Assembly (NCBI GenBank): GCA_963808235.1
Contig: CAWEEQ010000002.1
Location: 1 to 64,000 of the forward strand
Direction of reading: 5' to 3'
DNA length: 64,000 bases
From: an uncultured delta proteobacterium
GTDB taxonomy: Bacteria > Desulfobacterota > Binatia > Binatales > Binataceae
This document shows, in pieces, positions 56,942 to 64,000 of this stretch (position 1 is the first letter of the stretch; each line of letters starts with the position of its first letter). The notes under the pieces are model-generated. The model saw only the letters and a list, made by a program, of their open reading frames with translations. It was not told the DNA's origin and ran no database searches. Position numbers and translations under genes: made by a program.

Positions 56942-58459
56942 ATGAAAATTGACCTTTCTATCAAGAAGTATTTTGGAACGTGCCGCACCGGTTGGAAGCT
57001 CATCGGGGCCGCGCTCGGCCTCGCGCTATGCGCGAGCGGATGCACCTACTTTGCCGAGCAGCCCGAAGTGTATCCGAACAAATTCTCGCCGGCGGCATCG
57101 GATCGCGCCTGGATACCAAGGTCCGAGGCAGCGAACGAGTTCGTCATACCGACGCAGGCGCGGCCGCCGAGTACGCTGCCCGAGCCTCGGGTAACCAGCG
57201 CAGGCAATAAGTACGACCTGCCGGCGCTGATCGATATCGCGCTCAGCAACAATCCCGACACTCGCCGAACGTGGCTTCAGGCTCGCGCCGCGGCCGCAAG
57301 CTACGGAAGTTCGCGCGCGCCGTACTATCCGGTGGTCAGTACGGAGGTCACGTCCGCATATTCCCGCAGAATTTTCGAGTTGCCCGGACAAGACGGCGTC
57401 CTCAAGCAGTGGCGCGTAACCCCGGCTATCGAGCTCACTTACACGTTGCTCGACTTCGGCCGGCGCGATGCCGGCGCAGCCGCGGCGCGCGATCAACTGG
57501 CCGCCGCGAACTTCTCATTCAATCGCAAGCTCCAGGACGTCGTGTTCGCAACCCAGCGCTCGTTCTATGCGATCGGCGCGGCCAAGGCCGCGGTGCAAGC
57601 CGCGGAACAGAACGTCGAGCTCGCGAAGACTGACGACGAGGCAGTCACCCGACGCGTCGATCTTGGATTGGCAACCCAGCCCGAGTTGCTGCTCTCACGG
57701 CAGCGCGTCGCGCAATCGGAGTACGATCTCGCGAGCGCCCAACTGCTGGTGCGCGAAGCGCAGGCGAGCATGGCGGTCGCGCTCGGCGTCGCCGCCAACA
57801 CCGCGCTCGATGTGCCCAACCTCGAGAGCCTGCCGATTCCCGCGGGATTGGGCGGCGAAGTGGATCAGCTAATCGAAACAGCCGTGCGCCAACGTCCCGA
57901 TCTTGCGGCCCAGGTCGCGACGCTCGTGGCGAGCCGCGCGCAGGTCGAACGCGCGAAGGCTGAATTCTTTCCCGTCGTGGGAGTCTCGGGCGCTTACGGT
58001 GAGCAAATGTGGGGCTACCGGTTCGATGGGACCCCGAGCGTCAAGACCAGCCAGCCTCAATATGCCGGCCTGCTCACAATCAAATGGGATATCTTCACCG
58101 GCTTCAAACGCCTCAACGATGTCCGCCAGGCCGAGGCCGAACGCGACGCGGCCAGCGCGCAACTCAAGTCGCTCGAGGTCGATGCGATAAGCTCCGTCTG
58201 GCGCGCCTACTACGAATTTCAGACCGCGCTGAAACGCTACGAGTACGCCAAGGCGCTGCTCGCCGCGTCCAATGAGTCGTACGCCGCGAATCTCGACACT
58301 TATCGGCAGGGTCTCAGCACGATCGTCGAGTTGCTGACTGCCGATCGCGATCTTGCGAACGCGCGCTACACGATTGTCCAGAGCCGCGCCGACCTGCTGA
58401 CTTCATCGGCAGCCGTCGCGTACGCTGTGGGAGCCGTCGAGATGCCGGCACATCCGTAA
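56942..58459 (+). CDS. TolC-family outer-membrane efflux lipoprotein
   Basis: ASG|C lipobox, LIDIALSNNP, LLDFGRR, RPDL, YRQGLSTIVELL; start uncertain. Confidence 0.9.
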   Translation: MKIDLSIKKYFGTCRTGWKLIGAALGLALCASGCTYFAEQPEVYPNKFSPAASDRAWIPRSEAANEFVIPTQARPPSTLPEPRVTSAGNKYDLPALIDIALSNNPDTRRTWLQARAAAASYGSSRAPYYPVVSTEVTSAYSRRIFELPGQDGVLKQWRVTPAIELTYTLLDFGRRDAGAAAARDQLAAANFSFNRKLQDVVFATQRSFYAIGAAKAAVQAAEQNVELAKTDDEAVTRRVDLGLATQPELLLSRQRVAQSEYDLASAQLLVREAQASMAVALGVAANTALDVPNLESLPIPAGLGGEVDQLIETAVRQRPDLAAQVATLVASRAQVERAKAEFFPVVGVSGAYGEQMWGYRFDGTPSVKTSQPQYAGLLTIKWDIFTGFKRLNDVRQAEAERDAASAQLKSLEVDAISSVWRAYYEFQTALKRYEYAKALLAASNESYAANLDTYRQGLSTIVELLTADRDLANARYTIVQSRADLLTSSAAVAYAVGAVEMPAHP

Positions 58460-58677
58460 TGCCCGACGTCCGTGACGCGAAGATGTTACCCGGACTCTGT
58501 GATCCGCCGATCACTTAAGATACAAGTTTCACCAAAGTTCAGAACTCTTTATGAGATGACAATTGGGCACTCGTTCCTCTAATTCGCGAGGGCTTGGCTC
58601 GACTATTAAGGGAACGCCACAACCAGATTTGGATTTCCTCTGCAACCTTGAATATAGAACGTCCGTAGGTAGCGCCG

Positions 58678-59076
58678 ATGATTAGTCCGAGAGAGCTAGA
58701 GGAAAATTACTATTTCTATTTTGTCAAAACGCTATCAATCCTGGCTGAATCTCCCGCCCAGCAGTGCGCCGTGATGGAGTATAACGTTGCCTGGGAGTTG
58801 CAACGCGACGGATTCCAGGTTGACTATCTCATTCGCCAAGAAGTCATCAAATTTACCAACGATCAGATGGAAGGAATGAAAGAGCTCTCGTCGGCGCTGC
58901 ACGCGTTAAGCGGCGAGGCGTTAAAGGGCAGTAGTTACGCCCGAGAAGAACATTTGCAAGCGATGAGTAATCTTGGCTGGCAATTAGTTCGCGACATCGC
59001 CAAGAAATTAATCGTGACTCTTGCTCCTAGGACTGAAGAGAACCGTAAGTACTTTGAAAGCCAGGCTGGCAGTTAG
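58678..59076 (+). CDS. Hypothetical AT-rich protein (orphan immunity-like)
   Basis: 132-aa helical ORF in a lower-GC patch. Confidence 0.6.
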   Translation: MISPRELEENYYFYFVKTLSILAESPAQQCAVMEYNVAWELQRDGFQVDYLIRQEVIKFTNDQMEGMKELSSALHALSGEALKGSSYAREEHLQAMSNLGWQLVRDIAKKLIVTLAPRTEENRKYFESQAGS

Positions 59077-59127
59077 TTCGATATCGCGACCCTCGCAACT
59101 CGCCACTGACTTCAGCACTATGGATAC

Positions 59128-60213
59128 ATGAGAGCATTGGCGAGCCTGGTGGTTGTTCTGATTGCGGTCGCGATAAGCATCAATGCCGCCGCCGGCGGAG
59201 CGCAATGCGGTCCGTTCGGGGACGCGCCTGCCGAGGTGAATCACGGCGCCTACGCGAGCTTTGTCTCTTCGCACAATCCGATTTGTTTCGGCGGAACTGT
59301 CCTTGGCCCGTGGCCCGATGCGAACGGCGACAATCGCTATGCCTGCCTCTACGAACCGGTGGCCGCCGGCAAAGAGAATCCGCTGCCTCTCGTAATTTTT
59401 CTGCACGGCTCGATCGCGACTGCTGATTCGATTCGCCTCACCGGTCTCGTTCGACTGATCGACCACGCCGATCTCGGCGGCAAAAAGCCCGGCTTCATCC
59501 TGCTCGCGCCGGAGGGCCGCTATACGTCGCATTTCTATCCCGGTCTCGATTCGAACGGGCTTGGATGGGACAACTGGTACCGCCAGTTGAACCCGAGCGG
59601 CGAGGTGAAGATCGCAGGCACGCCGTACCCCGAGAATCAGGACGCCGCGACGATCGATCATTTCGTGCATGATAATGTCGCGTCGGGCAAAGTAGATCGC
59701 AATCGAATCTACGTGATGGGCTGGTCCAACGGTGCTGCGATGGCGATCCTGTATGCCCTGAATCGGCCGTGGATTGCTGCCGCAGCGGTTTACTCCTCGC
59801 CCGATCCGTTCTCCGCCTTCAACGATCCATGTCCCCAGATCCCGATCGCGTCCGCTCCCGGCGGAGTCGGCCAGATTCAACTCTTCAATCCGCGTGTCCC
59901 GCTGATCCACGTTCGTAACGATTGCGATATCGGCGGCATCTGTCCGAACGGCACCCGATTCGCGACTCGGATGCACGACCTCGGCGACCGCGTCGACGAC
60001 GTCATTGTCGATTCGGCGGGCAATCAAATCGGCTCGTGCGACAACGCCTGCGGCACCGACGCGATGGGCAACGGCCAGGTCGGCAGTCTCGGAAGTCTGC
60101 GCGGCGCGGCGCGTCATCTGCGCTGGCCCTCGGACTTTAATGACAAGATGCTGACGTTCCTGAAGGAGCATCCGCTGAACAACGCCGCGCCCGCACCACC
60201 TCCGCGCCCGTAA
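59128..60213 (+). CDS. Secreted alpha/beta hydrolase (PHB depolymerase/esterase-like)
   Basis: Signal peptide, PLVIFLHG, DRNRIYVMGWSNGA nucleophile elbow. Confidence 0.85.
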   Translation: MRALASLVVVLIAVAISINAAAGGAQCGPFGDAPAEVNHGAYASFVSSHNPICFGGTVLGPWPDANGDNRYACLYEPVAAGKENPLPLVIFLHGSIATADSIRLTGLVRLIDHADLGGKKPGFILLAPEGRYTSHFYPGLDSNGLGWDNWYRQLNPSGEVKIAGTPYPENQDAATIDHFVHDNVASGKVDRNRIYVMGWSNGAAMAILYALNRPWIAAAAVYSSPDPFSAFNDPCPQIPIASAPGGVGQIQLFNPRVPLIHVRNDCDIGGICPNGTRFATRMHDLGDRVDDVIVDSAGNQIGSCDNACGTDAMGNGQVGSLGSLRGAARHLRWPSDFNDKMLTFLKEHPLNNAAPAPPPRP

Positions 60214-60418
60214 TATGCTCGCAACAATCTCCGCAGACTCAGCGGCATGAGCGCGCTGCATGCAGTCGCGCGACTGCTTCGCCATTGATGGCGGAAGTAC
60301 TCGCCGGAATCTGAGGAAATCGAGAAGTTTTCGCGAGTCGCGGCAAACGTTTTGCGAATCGCAAATGACTACGACTGCACCCGCCCGAAATTGTCCAATG
60401 AAATGCACACTTCCATTA

Positions 60419-60435
60419 TTGGCATCGGGCTTGCT
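60419..60435 (+). promoter_or_regulatory. Sigma54 promoter
   Basis: TTGGCATCGGGCTTGCT (GG-N10-GC, TTGC); upstream palindromes at 60331-60343 and 60351-60365. Confidence 0.75.
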
Positions 60436-60474
60436 CTACCCCCCGTGTAACTGATTTGACGGGAGGACAGGAAA

Positions 60475-60654
60475 ATGGCAGCTACCACAATTAGTCAAAC
60501 ACGACTCGCGGGCTTCCAGCAGGCGAATGAACAGACCGAGACCATCGCAGCGGATCGGATCGCGCAGAACACTCTGCTCAGTGAGCTGCCTGGCGCGGCT
60601 TTCGCAGTGCTGACCTTGGCCTACATCGTTCTCTCCTTCGCGAGCCTCGCGTAG
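60475..60654 (+). CDS. 59-aa protein with C-terminal TM helix
   Basis: GGAGG/AGGA upstream; MAATTISQ...LPGAAFAVLTLAYIVLSFASLA; below the ORF-track cutoff. Confidence 0.7.
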   Translation: MAATTISQTRLAGFQQANEQTETIAADRIAQNTLLSELPGAAFAVLTLAYIVLSFASLA

Positions 60655-60846
60655 TCGATCGCATTCCACGCACGGGAAGAATCCGGGCCCAGACTTGAGT
60701 CTGACCGGCTTCCCGAGGCGTTCCTGAAAACCTTCTCCGACAAATGCGACTCGATTGATGAGCGCAAGCTCATGATGGAGCGAACTGGGATAGATTTTTT
60801 TTCGCGCGGACGATTAACAAGTGTTCGCGCAAAGTGAGTTAGTAAG

Positions 60847-60951
60847 ATGATGATGGAAGCAGTATCGTTGCTGGCCGGACTGGCGATCGCGGTTGTCATA
60901 ATCGCGAGACCGGTGCGTCCATACTTCAAGCGAACCAGAACCGAGCGGTAA
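60847..60951 (+). CDS. Possible 34-aa membrane peptide
   Basis: MMMEAVSLLAGLAIAVVIIARPVRPYFKRTRTER: TM followed by a basic tail. Confidence 0.4.
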   Translation: MMMEAVSLLAGLAIAVVIIARPVRPYFKRTRTER

Positions 60952-61090
60952 CCAGTTAAACACACCGCGGCGCGGGCCGCGTGCTTGTCCTCGAGCGGGG
61001 CGGGATGCGAATCAGATTCGCGGTTCCGCCCCGCGCTCGTTTTTTCCGGGCTAGCATTCTAGACTTGGCGCCTCTGCCAAGAGGTGCCTG

Positions 61091-61522
61091 ATGAAACGGT
61101 TCACACTTATTCTGATTGTCTTCGCGTGCGCGATTGCGGCGCCGCATCTCGCCTGCGCTCAGGCGACATGTCCGCAAACCCTCGTGGTCGAACAGCGAGC
61201 GTCGGCGCCAGGTGCCGACTGGAACGTTACTTATTCCGGCTACGATACGGCGATCGCTGGAGTCACGATCTTCGACGGGCCGCCCGCCAATCAAGCGTCG
61301 CTGCTACCCGACAACGAGGAAACGACCAATTACAGGGTCTTCCAAACCTGGAAATTAGCGAAGAATGGCAGCTATTGGCTTCAGTGCAATTATGCGAACA
61401 CCACCGCGCAGATCTCACGGCGTTTGCCGGAGGGCGTCACGCGATGCGAGGTCACCTATGATGCCAACGTTCGCTTCGGTGGCGGAGGCGGCCGCGTAGT
61501 AAAAGAGGTCCGTTGCAAGTAG
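61091..61522 (+). CDS. Secreted STY0301-family-like protein
   Basis: Signal peptide; CP...FDGPPANQASLLPD...YWLQCNY...CEV; GAGG RBS. Confidence 0.7.
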   Translation: MKRFTLILIVFACAIAAPHLACAQATCPQTLVVEQRASAPGADWNVTYSGYDTAIAGVTIFDGPPANQASLLPDNEETTNYRVFQTWKLAKNGSYWLQCNYANTTAQISRRLPEGVTRCEVTYDANVRFGGGGGRVVKEVRCK

Positions 61523-61546
61523 CGCCAGCGGCGGAGTCCTGAAAGT

Positions 61547-62437
61547 TTACGACGGCGCGCGTTTGCTCTTGTCCGGGAATGCGCCCAGCTCTACTGCCTT
61601 TGCGAAGATTTCGCCGATCGGTGCATCGGGCGGCTCGGGGAAATCGCCGGCGGCGCGCGGCCATGCGATCGGCGTAACCGGGCTGTCGATCGCCTCGCCA
61701 ATCTTGATTCGGTAGCGCTCGACGGAGTCATGGGGGAACGCGGTTTTCCGTGTCGATCCATCGCGGAAGAAGATCATCGTATGCACGCGCCGGGTGCTCG
61801 CGCCGGTATTCGGCTTCGCCATATGCACGGTAAGTCCATGATGGAACGCAACGGCGCCGCGCGGCACTTCGACCCAAACCGGCGGCGTGTCTTTGATCTC
61901 GGGCCGCTTCAAAATTTCGACCGCGTCCTCGGGCCTGAAGATGTTCACGAATTCCCGCAGGCCAACTGCGTGCGAGCCCGGCACATAGCCCATGCATCCG
62001 GTCGCGAGCGATGAGCCGTCGAACGGAATCCACGCCGTGATCGTGTCGGTTTCATTCATCGGCCAGTACGGCTGATCCTGATGCGGATCCGTCAGCCGGC
62101 CGCCTGCTTCCTTGTAGAGCGCCTGATCGTGCCATAAACGAATCGCATCGACGCCGAGCAGACGCGCAGCCGTCTCGCATACGATCGGATGAAACGTGAG
62201 CGGCATGACTGCCGGCGAGTCTTCCCACAGATTGATGCACTGGATGAATGACTGCTCGTAGGGCGTCTTCTCGCCGAGTTTGCGCGTGTCGAAACGCTTG
62301 CGCCGCGCGACCGCTTCGTCGACGGCCGCTCCGTACCGATCAAGTTCGTCGCCCGTGAGCAGGTCGGGCACCATCACGAACCCGTTGCGCCGAAACTCTT
62401 CGGCATATGGCGCAATTTTCTTGACGAGATTAGTCAC
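61547..62437 (-). CDS. Phytanoyl-CoA dioxygenase (PhyH) family
   Basis: WHDQALYK, HQDQPYWP, GCMGYVPGSH, FHHGLTVH. Confidence 0.92.
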   Translation of the reverse strand: MTNLVKKIAPYAEEFRRNGFVMVPDLLTGDELDRYGAAVDEAVARRKRFDTRKLGEKTPYEQSFIQCINLWEDSPAVMPLTFHPIVCETAARLLGVDAIRLWHDQALYKEAGGRLTDPHQDQPYWPMNETDTITAWIPFDGSSLATGCMGYVPGSHAVGLREFVNIFRPEDAVEILKRPEIKDTPPVWVEVPRGAVAFHHGLTVHMAKPNTGASTRRVHTMIFFRDGSTRKTAFPHDSVERYRIKIGEAIDSPVTPIAWPRAAGDFPEPPDAPIGEIFAKAVELGAFPDKSKRAPS

Positions 62438-62482
62438 TATTCAACTGCCTTCTTATATCACGGCGCGGCTAGCGGGCAATTC

Positions 62483-62926
62483 TCAAAAGTCGGCGCGAAA
62501 GTTGACTCGATCGGCGCCCGCGTAGGATAGCCGGCTGGGCCTGACCCGCATCATCTTGAGCGTCGGATACTTGAAGAACGGCGCCTCGAAGGGACACTTC
62601 TTCAGCATCACGTCCTTCATCGGTTCCCACTCCGGCCCGTCGCGCGCAACCTCACTCGCGACTCCCTGGATCAGCACCCGCGAAATCTCAAACGTTTCAA
62701 TCTTGCCCTGTTCGCGAGCGTCCACGTAAACCGTGACATACGGATGTTTCAGCAGGTTCTGCAACTTCTCCGAGCTGTCATTCATTATGAAGATCAAATC
62801 CAGCTCCGCCGTTTCCGCAAACGCCTGCATCGTCGCCGTGGGCCACTGCTCGCCCTGAGTCACAAGGATTGCGACTTTTTCTGCCGCCAGCAGCGTCGCG
62901 AGCTTCTCTTTCTGTTCAGCTTCCAC
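62483..62926 (-). CDS. Pyridoxamine 5'-phosphate oxidase-like FMN-binding protein
   Basis: SEKLQNLLKHPYVTV...VLIQGVA split-barrel pattern. Confidence 0.7.
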   Translation of the reverse strand: MEAEQKEKLATLLAAEKVAILVTQGEQWPTATMQAFAETAELDLIFIMNDSSEKLQNLLKHPYVTVYVDAREQGKIETFEISRVLIQGVASEVARDGPEWEPMKDVMLKKCPFEAPFFKYPTLKMMRVRPSRLSYAGADRVNFRADF

Positions 62927-63022
62927 GGGTAAGTTCCTTTGACTTTGACCTACGGTATCTTCAGTATCCCGCCTTACATGGGGCGGGCGCTTTACAATTT
63001 CAACGATCTAACCCAGTTCTGA

Positions 63023-64000
63023 ATGGACCAACAGCGAAAAGCAATCGCCGCTGCACTCGCGCTGGCGCTGCTGATCTTCAGTGCATCTCTATCGCTGGCC
63101 GCTTCAGCCCCAGGCGCGAGTTCCGACACGTCTGCCAAGTCCGATGCCCTCGAAGGAATGGCGCAAACTAAATTCGGACCCGCGCTGACCGCGGCCGAAC
63201 GAAAACTCCTGCGTGCGGCGCCGATGCGCGCGCTGGCGTGGCTCGGCCCAAGCGACGATCCCGACAATCCCGCCAACGACACCGCGCAAGCCGTGCATTG
63301 GGGACCCGAGCGCATCGTCCGCGCGGAAATAATCGTATGGCTCGCGACCGACGCCGACGCCTCGCGCGTCGTTCATCCAAGCGGCCTCGGCTTCGCCGGC
63401 GCACGCATCGCCGGCAAGCTCGATCTCTCCTACGCCACCGTCGACAAGCCGATCACGCTGGTCAAGTGCTACCTCCCCGACGGAATCGATTTGTCGTCGG
63501 CGCACCTCGAGGGTATCGAGGTCCGCCGCTCGCGCACCGGGCCTGTCGACGCCGACATGTCAGTCACCCACCGCGACTTGTCGTTTCAGCTCGGTGACTA
63601 CGGTCCGATGACTTTCATGCGCGCGAAAGTCGAAGGCTCCCTGGACCTCACCGGCGCAAGCATCATGGACGGCGGGAACGACACGGTAAACCTGGTCGAG
63701 GCGAATATCGGCGGCGACGTGCTCTTCCAGGAGCACTTTACGACCAACGGCACCGTCGACGCGCGCCTTGCGAAAATCGGCCACGACCTGAGCTTCCACG
63801 ACGTGGTCTTTGAGGGCGACGGCGGTCTGAATGCTGAGCGCGCGACAATCGCCGGGACGTTTTACTGGGTCGAAGTGAAGCACACGGCGAAGACGACGCT
63901 CGACCTCGAAAACACGCGCGCCGGTGCAATCTGGGACGAAGAGGGGAGCTGGCCGGCGCCCGGAAATCTAATCGTGAGCGGATTCGTGTATGGCGAGATT
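63023..64000 (+). CDS. Exported/membrane protein with pentapeptide-like solenoid repeats (runs off the window)
   Basis: MDQQRKAIAAALALALLIFSASL signal; LTAAERKLL...WGPERIVRAE...GARIAGKLDL repeats; no stop before 64000. Confidence 0.75.
   Translation, partial: MDQQRKAIAAALALALLIFSASLSLAASAPGASSDTSAKSDALEGMAQTKFGPALTAAERKLLRAAPMRALAWLGPSDDPDNPANDTAQAVHWGPERIVRAEIIVWLATDADASRVVHPSGLGFAGARIAGKLDLSYATVDKPITLVKCYLPDGIDLSSAHLEGIEVRRSRTGPVDADMSVTHRDLSFQLGDYGPMTFMRAKVEGSLDLTGASIMDGGNDTVNLVEANIGGDVLFQEHFTTNGTVDARLAKIGHDLSFHDVVFEGDGGLNAERATIAGTFYWVEVKHTAKTTLDLENTRAGAIWDEEGSWPAPGNLIVSGFVYGEI

Overview
GC-rich bacterial chromosomal window. Gene content and style suggest a soil Candidatus Binatota/Acidobacteria-like organism; this is inference only. 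The main discovery is a complete, precisely bounded 13.8 kb Mu-like transposable element (2482-16306). It has TGTAC...GTACA ends and a 5-bp target duplication (GTCGC) and sits 11 bp downstream of tRNA-Sec (selC). It keeps an intact Mu early module (repressor, Ner, MuA, MuB) but has no recognisable capsid, portal, large terminase, tail tube/sheath, baseplate or lysis genes. It does carry a DUF3486/gp27-like protein, a lone tape-measure protein and a signal-peptide-bearing tailspike-like protein. Its repressor has lost the autocleavage machinery, its MuB N-terminal HTH domain appears split into a separate gene, and it has an array of perfect palindromes. Together this makes it a candidate transposable (Mu-type) phage satellite. 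Other notable features: a probable second island boundary at the 5' end of selC; a sigma54-driven kdpFABC operon with split KdpD and tandem stop/start junction repeats; an Rhs toxin/immunity cassette flanked by a 34-bp duplication inside that operon; a leader-peptide attenuator upstream of an ABC exporter; HigBA; an MdtNOP-like efflux system; and metabolic genes.
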